Notes: generated by a model from the letters alone, not told the origin. 64,000 bases of DNA from Patescibacteria group bacterium (GCA_038064875.1 JBBTSC010000001.1:123004-187003), one strand, 5' to 3'. Counted from the stretch's first letter, positions 9,722 through 19,763 are shown. Numbers and translations are program-made.

Positions 9722-10081
9722 CTATTTTTTCTTCTTGTCGATCTTCTTATCGAGCCCGAGTCCATGGACGATGTAATAAACCACCAAAGCTATAACTAGG
9801 AAGTTGATAAGATCGTTTAGGAAAGTACCATAGTGAATGATTGCTTCCTGCCCTTTTGGTGTTTTGCCTAAGCTAAAAGTTAAACCCTTTAGCCCCTCAG
9901 CTGATCCTAGAACAAAACCAAGTGGTGGCATGATAACGTTGTTAATCAGTGAGTTTACAAGTGTAGCTACTGCAGCACCTATGACAAGACCTACAGCTAG
10001 ACCAACGACGCCTTGTTCTCTCGCAAATTCAGAAAATCCTTGCAATTGCTTTTTTGCTACTTCTCTCTTTTTTCTGACCAT
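9722..10081 (-). CDS. mscL: large-conductance mechanosensitive channel MscL
   Basis: FSEFAREQGVVGLAVGLVIGAA...NNVIMPPLG. Start at ATG 10081 with GGAGG 5 nt upstream. Confidence 0.85.
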   Translation of the reverse strand: MVRKKREVAKKQLQGFSEFAREQGVVGLAVGLVIGAAVATLVNSLINNVIMPPLGFVLGSAEGLKGLTFSLGKTPKGQEAIIHYGTFLNDLINFLVIALVVYYIVHGLGLDKKIDKKKK

Positions 10082-10152
10082 AATTCCTCCATTTATAGAG
10101 GTAATTATACAGTTGGCGAGGTTAAAGATCAAGAAAAGGTATAATACCTAGA

Positions 10153-10722
10153 ATGAATTTTATTAGTCATTCGAATATCAATAAATTGCTGTCAATCATC
10201 TGTATTTTATTTGGGATATATCTAGTGTCTGCTCCATTTATCAAGTTGCCGATAGATGCATCAGAGGATTTTCCTTCCGGTAAGAAGATAGAGATGATAA
10301 CCGGCACGGACCAAAAGCTATCAGGGCAACCTAATTATATTGAGTTTCTGAGCAATCCTACGATTAAGTCTGAGGTTATTGAAGGCTTATCAATTGGCAG
10401 TATCGACAACGGTGGAGTTTGGCGCGTGCCAACTTCCAGCAATGACCCGAATAGCTCGAACATGGTTGTCGTTGGACACAATTTTACCTATTCTAATACG
10501 TACCCACCTTTTCGTACATTACCAGAGTCAAAGCCGGGTGATCGCATTCGTATGGTTTGGCAGGATAAAATCTATGAGTATGAAATTAAAAGGATCGAAG
10601 TGCACAGTCCAACAGATACCTATATCGAAAATCCAACAGATAAGCCTACGCTGACTATGTATACATGTTATCCGATGTTCATGGCAAAAGAACGTTTTGT
10701 AGTTATAGCGGAGAGATTATGA
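10153..10722 (+). CDS. sortase-family transpeptidase
   Basis: N-terminal TM, VVVGHNF (His), TLTMYTCYP (Cys), C-terminal Arg region. Confidence 0.75.
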   Translation: MNFISHSNINKLLSIICILFGIYLVSAPFIKLPIDASEDFPSGKKIEMITGTDQKLSGQPNYIEFLSNPTIKSEVIEGLSIGSIDNGGVWRVPTSSNDPNSSNMVVVGHNFTYSNTYPPFRTLPESKPGDRIRMVWQDKIYEYEIKRIEVHSPTDTYIENPTDKPTLTMYTCYPMFMAKERFVVIAERL

Positions 10723-10834
10723 AGATATCAAAGGATTGGGTGTTAACCATCATTTTACTGGGCCTAATAACAATAGCCTCTGCTTTTGTTTATCTGCAGA
10801 GGCTATCGAGTAGTTCTATTTTGAACTAAAATTC

Positions 10835-11758
10835 TTAACTTTTTCGAACTACTACTGCTCCAAGTCCAATCATCAAGAATCCTAGGATAATTGAGTAGAT
10901 CGCTAGGTTGTTGCCAGTATGTTGTAGTGTCGCAGGTGAAACCGTACTTGCAACGATAGTTGCTGGTGTTGTTGATACTGCTGGAGTAGCAACTGGCACA
11001 CTTGGTCCAATCGGATCGCTGATTGATCCATTCACCGTACCGTCGCTATCACCAAGTTCGCCATCAATTATTGACCATTCAAGAACAGTTCTGAGGTAAC
11101 CAATATTCTGAGTAGAAATAGTTACATATGGGGAATAGTCTATGTATGAGTCAGTCAGTGGGTCGTATTTCTCCATGGTCCAGTTAGATGTGTCCATCAC
11201 TCTATCAAAGATTAATTTTAGGTCAGCAGGAATTGGTGAGGCCACCCATTCACAGCCTTCTTCTGTATGAACTTTGTTATATTCAACGCATCCGTACCCG
11301 TTATCTATAGATATGGAGTCTTCTCTTCCATCTTGATTCTGACACGACAACTTAATGTCAAACATTCCTAGTGGAAAGACCTTACCTTCAGGTTGCGTTG
11401 GCAGGGTCGCTACGTCTACTGCTTTGAATTCGTCGATTTTCCAAGCAGAATCAGCATATGTGTAATTAAACTCAGGACTTTCAACCTGATAAGTATCCCC
11501 CACTTGTAGGGTTACAAAAGCATTTGGCGATGCTGTGTCGTTAGGGTTAGTAATAGTAGCAACAGTGTTTTGCTCTGAATCAGACGCGCCATCATAGTTG
11601 TTGTCTCCACTGTTTGGCGTGCTACTGTCTTCTACCACTGTTGGTACAGAGTCGTAGTCTTCGTCTGGCTCATATGCTTGTGCTGATGGTGCAAAGCTCA
11701 AAACTCCCAACACCAGAAGTGGCACAAACAATAATTTTAATATAAGTTTTCCTCGCAT
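10835..11758 (-). CDS. secreted cell-surface protein with C-terminal sorting signal (LQHTG + TM + RKS)
   Basis: Signal peptide ending SAQA. C-terminus SPATLQHTGNN-LAIYSIILGFLMIGLGAVVV-RKS, with the motif at 10913..10927. Confidence 0.7.
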   Translation of the reverse strand: MRGKLILKLLFVPLLVLGVLSFAPSAQAYEPDEDYDSVPTVVEDSSTPNSGDNNYDGASDSEQNTVATITNPNDTASPNAFVTLQVGDTYQVESPEFNYTYADSAWKIDEFKAVDVATLPTQPEGKVFPLGMFDIKLSCQNQDGREDSISIDNGYGCVEYNKVHTEEGCEWVASPIPADLKLIFDRVMDTSNWTMEKYDPLTDSYIDYSPYVTISTQNIGYLRTVLEWSIIDGELGDSDGTVNGSISDPIGPSVPVATPAVSTTPATIVASTVSPATLQHTGNNLAIYSIILGFLMIGLGAVVVRKS

Positions 11759-11852
11759 AAAATCTCCTCACAGAATTTATTTTGTCTATGAGTAATATAG
11801 TACATAAATGTAGTTAGTGCAATTTTATTATAGCGATAATATCATTCGGGAC

Positions 11853-12974
11853 TTATGTTAAGCTGTGAGCCACAACTTTTGCTACTTCTGGGTCAAAGAC
11901 ACTTGGAATGATGTTTTCCGGAGTTGGATCTTCCACTATACTGGCGATTGCTTCTGCAGTTTTGATCTTTATTTCTGTTGTTACTGAGCGTATGTTGCTG
12001 TCGATCATACCTCTGAATATTCCTGGAAAGACAAGTACATTGTTTAGTTGGTTTGGGAAATCATTACGTCCAGTAGCAACTATTTTTGCGCCAGCATTTC
12101 TAGCTATATCTGGCATTATCTCGGGGGTAGGATTTGCTAGAGCAAAGATGATTACGCCGTTAGATGCTGATTTAACCATATCTTCTGTGATTGCCCCGGC
12201 TCTAGAAAGCCCGATGATAGCATCAGCTTCACTGCAGGCCTTAAGGGTGCTTGTCTCTGAAGAATACAAATCAGTAGATATTTCTTGTTTATGGGGATCA
12301 AGGTTCCCCCGGTTGCTAGTTATAACGCCTTTGCTATCGCATACAACTACATTACTCACCCCATAGTCTTTAAGTAGTTTAGCAGTAGCATAGCCAGCGG
12401 GACCTGCTCCAGCCAATACAACCTTAGCTTTTAAGATATCCTTTCCAATAACTTTGTTTGCATTGATCAGCCCAGCAAGAATAATTATTGCTGTGGCGTG
12501 TTGGTCATCATGCATGACTGGGATATCTAGCTCTTCTTGGAGTCTCTTCTCTATTTCGTAGCAACGGGGGGCGGATATGTCTTCTAAATTGATACCAGCG
12601 AAATTAGGTGCAATAGCTTTAACGATTTTGATGATTTCTTCGGTGTCCTGCGTGTCGAGGCAGAGAGGAAAAGCATTTACGTCAGCCAAAGCTTTAAAGA
12701 GCATAGCCTTACCTTCCATCACGGGTAGTGCTGCAGATGCACCAACGTTGCCGAGTCCCAGTACTGCTGAGCCATCGCTTACTACCGCTACGGTATTTCC
12801 TTTTATTGTCATTTTATTAGCAATTTCAGGATTATTTTTGATTGCTGTTGAGGCCTCTCCTACTCCCGGTGTGTAGAGTAAGCTTAAATTATCTGGAGTG
12901 AGATCTGTCTTTAATCCTGTCTCAATTTTTCCAGCTAATTCTAGATGTTTTTGTATCGCTTTACTGTCGCCCAT
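11853..12974 (-). CDS. NAD(P)-dependent malic enzyme (short form)
   Basis: LLYTPGVGEAS, VLAGAGPAGYA dinucleotide fold, 373 aa. Confidence 0.8.
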   Translation of the reverse strand: MGDSKAIQKHLELAGKIETGLKTDLTPDNLSLLYTPGVGEASTAIKNNPEIANKMTIKGNTVAVVSDGSAVLGLGNVGASAALPVMEGKAMLFKALADVNAFPLCLDTQDTEEIIKIVKAIAPNFAGINLEDISAPRCYEIEKRLQEELDIPVMHDDQHATAIIILAGLINANKVIGKDILKAKVVLAGAGPAGYATAKLLKDYGVSNVVVCDSKGVITSNRGNLDPHKQEISTDLYSSETSTLKACSEADAIIGLSRAGAITEDMVKSASNGVIIFALANPTPEIMPDIARNAGAKIVATGRNDFPNQLNNVLVFPGIFRGMIDSNIRSVTTEIKIKTAEAIASIVEDPTPENIIPSVFDPEVAKVVAHSLT

Positions 12975-13019
12975 TGATAACTAATTATATCACGTGGTGT
13001 TATAATTAACTTTGAATCC

Positions 13020-13721
13020 ATGTATCAAGAATATATTAGCGAAGACCATAAAATCAGTCGTTCACAGTGGCTCCGGGCTGCTGTGCTTGGAGCCAATGAC
13101 GGAATTGTCTCAGTATCCAGCGTAATAATTGGTGTGGCTGCAGCAGGCACCAGTAGCAAAGGAATCCTGGTTGCAGGATTTGCATCAACTGTAGCTGGCG
13201 CCATATCTATGGCTGCTGGAGAGTATGTCTCAGTCAGCTCACAACGAGATGTTGAAAGGGCCGATCTGGCTCTCGAGAAAAAGGAGTTAGAACTCTATCC
13301 AGATCAAGAACTCGCTGAACTTGAAGCAATATATGTAAAACGCGGTTTGAGCTCAGCTTTGGCTAAAAAAGTTGCAACGGCAATGCATGAACATGACGCA
13401 CTCAGTGCACACGCCCGGGAGGAGTTGGGTATTGACACAGAAGACCTGACTAGTCCGTGGTTGGCAGCAATTGCATCGGCTGTTGCTTTTACGTTTGGGG
13501 CGTTGTTACCACTTGTTGCCGGAGTTGTAACGACTGGATCGAGTGAGTTTAATCAATTTGTTATCGGTATAACTCTAATTTCTCTAGCATTGTTAGGGGC
13601 CTTGGGCGCACACTTAGGTGGTGCGTCACTGCTCAGAGGCTCGGCGAGAGTATTGGTAGGTGGATCAGTAGCTATGGCGTTAACCTACGTCATAGGCTCA
13701 TTGGTCGGAACGCACTTATAA
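13020..13721 (+). CDS. VIT1/CCC1-family Fe/Mn transporter
   Basis: LRAAVLGANDGIVSVSS motif and C-terminal TM bundle. Confidence 0.75.
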   Translation: MYQEYISEDHKISRSQWLRAAVLGANDGIVSVSSVIIGVAAAGTSSKGILVAGFASTVAGAISMAAGEYVSVSSQRDVERADLALEKKELELYPDQELAELEAIYVKRGLSSALAKKVATAMHEHDALSAHAREELGIDTEDLTSPWLAAIASAVAFTFGALLPLVAGVVTTGSSEFNQFVIGITLISLALLGALGAHLGGASLLRGSARVLVGGSVAMALTYVIGSLVGTHL

Positions 13722-13722
13722 T

Positions 13723-14709
13723 TTACTGTAGAGAGCCAACCACCGGGTATTTGCTAAGAGCAGACTTGCCATGAGGTGATTCTTTGATTTTCTCAGATAG
13801 GTCATTGCCACACTCAACACCTGAGGTTGTGGTGTGTTCTCCATTTGACCACTTACTAGAATCTGTGAGGTTGTAGACTTTACCGTCGATAGCAACCCAG
13901 CATGCTTCACCATTTTTACCATTTTTGGCACTTAGTTGTTGTAGAGTAATAACGCTCGTGGTGGTAGTTGTTGGCTGGGCTTCGATATTTTGGCTTTGGT
14001 TTTCAGAACTGCTCTCCTGAGTTGTTGATGAGGATCTAACAGGTTCTTTCTCGTCTCGGAGAACAATGAACGACACCACTACGAGTGCAAATATTACTGT
14101 CAATATCCCAAATATTGATAATACTTTTTTCTTTTCCGCCATGTATATCTTCCCTATCATTAGTAGCAACGTAACCCCTATTATATAAAAAATAACCCGG
14201 TTTGTACTGTCTTTTAAAACATAGCCAAGCACTAGTGCGTGCATGGTTATCGCTATCATCGCAAAATTACTCAAATGCTCCAGGATAGTTTGAGTCTTTT
14301 TGCTTAGTTTTTCCTTAAAATCAAAGGCGATGAAGATGCTCAGACTTAAGATCCCTAAGTAAACAAACAGTGCTTTAGATGCTCCAAAGAAATTGCTGTA
14401 GTTAAACGGAGGTAGCCCGTAACCCTTATCGATAAGGTAATAACTGATCAGCACCGGGTGAGCAATAAGACAAAAGGATACGAGATATCTCGTGATCTTG
14501 TAAAGTGTTTTCGTATCACTCTCTGGGAAGAAAGCATCTCGGATCAGTCCGTTAAAAAAATGCACCCACATGACTGTAAAGGCTGTCAGCCCCAACATAC
14601 TTGCAAGGAAAAACGGCGAATCTCTAAATCCCAAGCTTGCATAGACAACCCAAGCAATAGACACTAAATATATGCTGAAATAAATAATCTTTGGGAGTGT
14701 AAGTCTCAA
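13723..14709 (-). CDS. polytopic membrane protein (His-bearing TMs, ferric-reductase/MsrQ-like?) fused to C-terminal cytochrome b5-like domain
   Basis: About 6 TMs with WVHFF, IAHPV and TMHALV. C-terminus ITLQQLSAKNGKNGEACWVAIDGKVYNLT..W.NGEH..G.D...I..SPHG...L...PVVG. Confidence 0.55.
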   Translation of the reverse strand: MRLTLPKIIYFSIYLVSIAWVVYASLGFRDSPFFLASMLGLTAFTVMWVHFFNGLIRDAFFPESDTKTLYKITRYLVSFCLIAHPVLISYYLIDKGYGLPPFNYSNFFGASKALFVYLGILSLSIFIAFDFKEKLSKKTQTILEHLSNFAMIAITMHALVLGYVLKDSTNRVIFYIIGVTLLLMIGKIYMAEKKKVLSIFGILTVIFALVVVSFIVLRDEKEPVRSSSTTQESSSENQSQNIEAQPTTTTTSVITLQQLSAKNGKNGEACWVAIDGKVYNLTDSSKWSNGEHTTTSGVECGNDLSEKIKESPHGKSALSKYPVVGSLQ

Positions 14710-15800
14710 GGACTTTTATCCTTATACAAAATAGAGAATGAATCTTTGGTTGTACCGGTTTGGTTTTCTATGAGCTTGGCTGAGAGTTTGTTGTTTGTAA
14801 CTTCAACGAGTAATGCGCCATAGACGGCACCGGTATTGCTCCCATGATAAGTGTTAAATAAGTTCATGGCGACAGAACTCTTGTTGATTGGTCTAGCTTC
14901 TGCACCGCCCGTCCCTACGATAGCAAAAATACTGCCACTTCCCTTTTCATACTGCGACTCTTTGTTCTGAATTGCACACGAGCTGGAATTAATTTTGCCC
15001 GGGATGATTGTCAGACAGGTAGGACTAAATGCAAGTTGATGGCTTCTTGCGTAGCCATGTTCATGACCCTGCAGTACTAGATCTACGGGGCTCTTTATCA
15101 ATAGATCATTCAGATCTTGCCCAATTTCGCATGATTTTTCACCTATGCTCAGGCAATTCTTGTGCATCGCTACAACGACCCATCTTATCTTTTGCTCTTT
15201 TGCATCGCCCAGGGTTTTTTGTAACCACAAGTACTCCTCGCTACCTGACTTAAATTTGTTTGGATTAGCATCTATGGCTACGTCTGGTGAAATAACTATC
15301 GTTCTGAGAGTTTTTCCTTGGTCAAAATAATATCTATCGGGATAACTTCCTACAATATCTTTTATCCTGTTAGGCAAACAACGCGCAAATTTGCTTATCT
15401 GTGATTTTGCTTCAATATCATGATTTCCTGGAACAATCTCAAAGGGCTTATTCTCAAGAGAAGAATTAACCTGATTACACCAATCTTGCTCAGTTGCCTT
15501 ACCATAACTTAAGTCTCCAAGAGCAAGTGTAAATTCTGTGTCTAGCTTTTTGATGGTGCTAAGAGTTTGTGTGAACTTTTCGCCAATATCAAAATCACCC
15601 ACCGCGCTAAATTTGATGGCTTTCTCTTCTATAATTTTAGCTGGCAGGCTTTCTGTTGGAGTCTTTTGGACGGTTTCTTTGCTCTGAGCTTTTTGTGCAA
15701 TTTTCTGATAATCAATAAAAAATGAAGATACTATCAAAAGTGCTAGCCCACCAATGATGATCAGTGCAATAATAATTTTTCTGCCAACTGTCATTAGCAA
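14706..15800 (-). CDS. membrane-anchored calcineurin-like metallophosphoesterase
   Basis: GDFD, GDLSYG, GNHD, GHEH motifs and an N-terminal TM. Confidence 0.75.
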   Translation of the reverse strand: MLMTVGRKIIIALIIIGGLALLIVSSFFIDYQKIAQKAQSKETVQKTPTESLPAKIIEEKAIKFSAVGDFDIGEKFTQTLSTIKKLDTEFTLALGDLSYGKATEQDWCNQVNSSLENKPFEIVPGNHDIEAKSQISKFARCLPNRIKDIVGSYPDRYYFDQGKTLRTIVISPDVAIDANPNKFKSGSEEYLWLQKTLGDAKEQKIRWVVVAMHKNCLSIGEKSCEIGQDLNDLLIKSPVDLVLQGHEHGYARSHQLAFSPTCLTIIPGKINSSSCAIQNKESQYEKGSGSIFAIVGTGGAEARPINKSSVAMNLFNTYHGSNTGAVYGALLVEVTNNKLSAKLIENQTGTTKDSFSILYKDKSP

Positions 15801-15843
15801 AATTATAACATTTTATGCCAGATCTAGAGATAGAATATTCGCT

Positions 15844-18396
15844 TTAGCGCAGAGATATCGTGGTGTCATGTTCCAGTAGCCCAGAATCAGGTTTTTTGGC
15901 TGTTTTAGGCTTTGGTTTTTCTGCTACTTTAGATTCAGGTTGAGCTTGTTTAGTGGTAGGTATGTCTGGGGATGCTTTTTTCTTTTTGCTTCGTGTACGT
16001 TTGCGCTTTTTCTTTACAGGCGTGTCCTCAGGAGCTTTGGCTTGCTCAGGTTGCGTAACTGGGCTTTCTTCCTTTTGACTTTGCAGAGACTGAGATGGCC
16101 CTTTAACAGTGGGTTTTACGGCTGAGCCGGAAATATTGTACCGGTCATGTATGTAGTTCTCAACTTCTTGCAGTGACATTGAATAGTTTGCTCGACTGCT
16201 TGCAATAATTTGCTCCGAACTATCTTGGCCAGGCTCAGGTAAGTCGGAAGTTGTTGCAGAAAATGCTTGAACCTTCTCCCCTGCTATGGTCATACTGATT
16301 ACAAAATGCCGGTTGTGCATATGCACCAAATCATGCTCAACAAATTTTGGCTCAAAATATTTTAGCATTCCCCGCGCATCATCAGCACTTGTCCTGAAAG
16401 ATACTATTGACCCTACGTTGCCAAATACCGCATCTTTAACACTTTGCATCATCTGTGCTGTGTATTGATTGGCAACAGTTAGATTGAGGGCATACTTACG
16501 TGCCTCTGAGAGAATTGTGGCAAAAGAATCAGTCGCAAAGTTTTGGAATTCGTCAACATACAGGTAGAAAGGTTCACGTTGTTCTGTTGGGATATTGGCT
16601 CTGCTCATAGCGGCCATCTGAACTTTTGTCACCATCAGAGCTCCTAGAAGCGAAGCGTTGTCTTCGCCAATTAAGCCCCTGGATAGATTAACGATCAATA
16701 TCTTCTTTTGATCCATGATTTCGCGAATATTAAAACTACCCTTTGGCTGGCCAATTATGTTACGAACGAGCGGGTTAGCAGTAAAAGCACCGACTTTATT
16801 AAGTACTGGGGCTACAGCTTCTGCTGCAAATTTATCATTCCAGCTGGTGAATTCAACAGTCCAGAAGTTTTTAACGACTGGGTCACTGACATATTCAAGG
16901 ACTTCAGCTCGGAATTTCTTGTCAGTTAAGATTTTAGTTATATCAAGCATAGTTGCATCTGGGTAATCGAGCAAAGCCAAAATGCTATAGCGCAGTATGT
17001 ATTCTAGTCGTGGTCCCCATGAGTCGAACATCCTTTTCAAAACTCCTATGAGTTCTGAGCAAGTATGACTTTTGAGCTTAGGGTCTATCACTTCCATCGG
17101 GTTAAAAGCTATTGGATACATTGCATCCGCTGGGTTGAAATATATAACATCTTTTATGCGAGATTCGGGGATACGTTTGAGAATATTCAGTGCGTAATCG
17201 CCATGTGGGTCAATCACGGCAAAACCATAGTCGTGGTCAATATCTGCAATAGTGAGGAGTTCTAACAGCCCTGATTTACCAGTTCCGGTTTGTCCAATAA
17301 TATACATATGTCTACCGCGGTCGGTTCTGGGTATCCCAAATGATGTTTTATGCCCCCGGAAATTGGTCTGAGCAATCCCACTAACATTTTCGTCAATTTT
17401 TACTGGTAGGTTCGCAGGTGGTTCTGCTGTGGTTGCGTTTGCCCATAGGATATTAGGTGTCTCGACATTTGTGTGTGGCAAGTGGTATAGACTAGCAAGC
17501 TCTTCGATATTCAGCGTCATCGGCTTGTTGGCGTTATTACGATTTTGATAATTATAGATGTCTTCAGCTTTCTGGCTGATTTTCTTTACATCAAAACCGT
17601 TGAGATATGTGGAGTTAAATTGCTTGAAACTTGCAATGATAGACTGCAGCCGCATCCTACTGTTGTCTCCAGTATTTGCGGTGGATCCGTAGACTATTCT
17701 GACGGTTGCTTGATAGCCGAGTTTGTGGCTCTTTTCTTCCGCCGCTGAGGCTCGAGCTGATTCATGTTCTGCAAGTTTTGTAGCTCCTCCGTCTTTCTGT
17801 TCAGGTGGTTTAGCGAGTGCGCTGATAAGACCAGAATAACTGCTTGAGCTACCTCCTCTGATGCCCTGAGCGTAGCGTTCACTTTTTTTGTACCATCCGC
17901 TTTTGGCGGGCTGTACAATAAGTTGGATCCACGCACTTTCCCCTTCACCGAACTGAGCTAAAGATGCTGTAATAGAAGCCAGCGGGTCAACTTCAAAGCT
18001 TGGAAATGTTTTTATTGGCAAAGGATCTGGAGCAATTAGCTTGAGCTCACACGAGGCGTACGTATCTCCAAGTGCCTCTGCTTTTGCGTAATCTTCTATC
18101 TCAGATATATGAACATTAGGATATTGGGCATAGATTTGGTCTTCAACATATTGTTTTAGTCTATCCGGAACCCAAACATAAAAGCCAATCCTCCCATCCA
18201 CCACAGCGATCTCAAAGCTTATTTTGTCATGCACTGTGGTAGAAAAGATCCCGGTGCTCGCTTTTGTGAGCAGTCCATGGATAGCAGCCATCATTTGTTC
18301 AGCTGCGAGCTCTTTCTTCTCATTATTGCGCGGAACTTGAAGCAATAATACAATTGTTTTCTCGAGTGAATCCGCTTGTTTTTTGTTGAATAACAT
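15844..18396 (-). CDS. TraD/VirD4/FtsK-HerA-like P-loop ATPase (type IV coupling-protein-like) with Lys/Pro-rich tail
   Basis: Walker A IIGQTGTGKSGLL, Walker B LYVDEFQNF, no obvious N-terminal TM, C-terminal KKKRKRTRSKKKK tract. Confidence 0.6.
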   Translation of the reverse strand: MLFNKKQADSLEKTIVLLLQVPRNNEKKELAAEQMMAAIHGLLTKASTGIFSTTVHDKISFEIAVVDGRIGFYVWVPDRLKQYVEDQIYAQYPNVHISEIEDYAKAEALGDTYASCELKLIAPDPLPIKTFPSFEVDPLASITASLAQFGEGESAWIQLIVQPAKSGWYKKSERYAQGIRGGSSSSYSGLISALAKPPEQKDGGATKLAEHESARASAAEEKSHKLGYQATVRIVYGSTANTGDNSRMRLQSIIASFKQFNSTYLNGFDVKKISQKAEDIYNYQNRNNANKPMTLNIEELASLYHLPHTNVETPNILWANATTAEPPANLPVKIDENVSGIAQTNFRGHKTSFGIPRTDRGRHMYIIGQTGTGKSGLLELLTIADIDHDYGFAVIDPHGDYALNILKRIPESRIKDVIYFNPADAMYPIAFNPMEVIDPKLKSHTCSELIGVLKRMFDSWGPRLEYILRYSILALLDYPDATMLDITKILTDKKFRAEVLEYVSDPVVKNFWTVEFTSWNDKFAAEAVAPVLNKVGAFTANPLVRNIIGQPKGSFNIREIMDQKKILIVNLSRGLIGEDNASLLGALMVTKVQMAAMSRANIPTEQREPFYLYVDEFQNFATDSFATILSEARKYALNLTVANQYTAQMMQSVKDAVFGNVGSIVSFRTSADDARGMLKYFEPKFVEHDLVHMHNRHFVISMTIAGEKVQAFSATTSDLPEPGQDSSEQIIASSRANYSMSLQEVENYIHDRYNISGSAVKPTVKGPSQSLQSQKEESPVTQPEQAKAPEDTPVKKKRKRTRSKKKKASPDIPTTKQAQPESKVAEKPKPKTAKKPDSGLLEHDTTISLR

Positions 18397-18467
18397 TGTA
18401 CAGATTATAACATTTAGCTATTGTTTATCAAAATTACCCACTTCGGTAAAAGCTAAGATAACAGTAT

Positions 18468-19469
18468 ATGGAAAAATATACAAAAATAAAGTATAATAAC
18501 TCTCAAATGAGATATGAACGTGAGCGCTCTATAGTAGCGGAAGCTCAAATGTTACATCAAAATCCACAAAGACTAGGAGAAATAGCCTGTGAGACTGATA
18601 TTGATTACGAGAATGATAACCCAGAGTTACGTGCCCTAAGACGTGAATTTTATATTCTACTGAGTGTTGGCATATCTGATGCAGTCGATACATTTATAGG
18701 TCAGAGTCAAAGCATAGAGCCATTAGGTTTGATACGCCCTTTTAGTCTGGCTAATGCTGTCATCACAGAGCCAGACCTTACGGTAAAACCTCGAGATATC
18801 ACGGAGGCATACATTCCTTATGCGGTTTTGGCTGATAATATGAGATCAACAGTTGACGGGTTAGCTATATTGCGGGAGTCAAAACATACACAGGTGAATC
18901 CGCATATGACAAAAATTTTAGAGCGGATTGATGAGATCGGGCCAAGATTGTCTCAATCTTTATCGCCCGATGACTCTCGCTTAGGTGTTAGAAATTTTGC
19001 CGAGTCACAGATTCGAGTAGGTATGATTACTTTTACGGACAAAGTGCCACAGTTTTTGCGCGCTATAGAGTTAGGCGCTATAAAACAACATGGTCCAGGG
19101 GTTACATTAGAGGAAATATCAAAGATAGCTAATGCGAGTAATCTTCACCAAAGGGTCGCAGCCATGGGTATAGATGAATTTATGCTTTGGAGTATTCGGT
19201 TCCCTAGCACAGGAAATTTTGCTTTTAGCTTTGATGATTACTTTATTATTCATACGGGTGCAGATGGGGAGGCAAGAGTTAGCTTTGCCAGAGAACTACC
19301 ACCTGAGCCAGAGGGTATTGTGTCTTCTAATGAGATTACCAAAAGATTTAATCACAAAATAGGGTGCCCGGCTATGATCAGATTGTTAGATGATTCTTCA
19401 CTTCAAGAAATGTGGGACTGGTCTACTGCCATTGCCGAGCAGACTGTTTGGCAAAGATCTGATAAATAA
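18468..19469 (+). CDS. hypothetical protein (333 aa, no recognised domain)
   Basis: Long ORF with protein-like composition, divergent from the ATPase gene. Confidence 0.6.
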   Translation: MEKYTKIKYNNSQMRYERERSIVAEAQMLHQNPQRLGEIACETDIDYENDNPELRALRREFYILLSVGISDAVDTFIGQSQSIEPLGLIRPFSLANAVITEPDLTVKPRDITEAYIPYAVLADNMRSTVDGLAILRESKHTQVNPHMTKILERIDEIGPRLSQSLSPDDSRLGVRNFAESQIRVGMITFTDKVPQFLRAIELGAIKQHGPGVTLEEISKIANASNLHQRVAAMGIDEFMLWSIRFPSTGNFAFSFDDYFIIHTGADGEARVSFARELPPEPEGIVSSNEITKRFNHKIGCPAMIRLLDDSSLQEMWDWSTAIAEQTVWQRSDK

Positions 19470-19763
19470 GATAGTTGGCACTCCGTTTCGTTCTTTTGAA
19501 CTCGTCAGTGTAAATACACATTTACAGACGGAGAGACAAGTAGAGAGAATAGGAAAAGAGAGGGGTGGTGTAATGACACGTGCGTGTTCGCTCGGTCAAA
19601 TGACGTGTCAGCACTTCTCCGCGCTATTGTGTGGCAGACACACATACAGAAAAGTTCACCAAACCTCAATCTCTTCGCTACTCTTGCTCTACCTGCCCCT
19701 CCGTGTAACTGAGTTGTGGCACTATCTCTATCGGGAGACAGCTTAAAAACTGCTACAACGGCG

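Noticed and set aside
19713-19745. Resemblance of CGGGAGACAGC to a cobalamin-riboswitch B12 box
   Set aside because: Only about 7 nt match. The CC.GCC part and the other conserved cobalamin-riboswitch cores are absent, and no downstream gene is in the right orientation.
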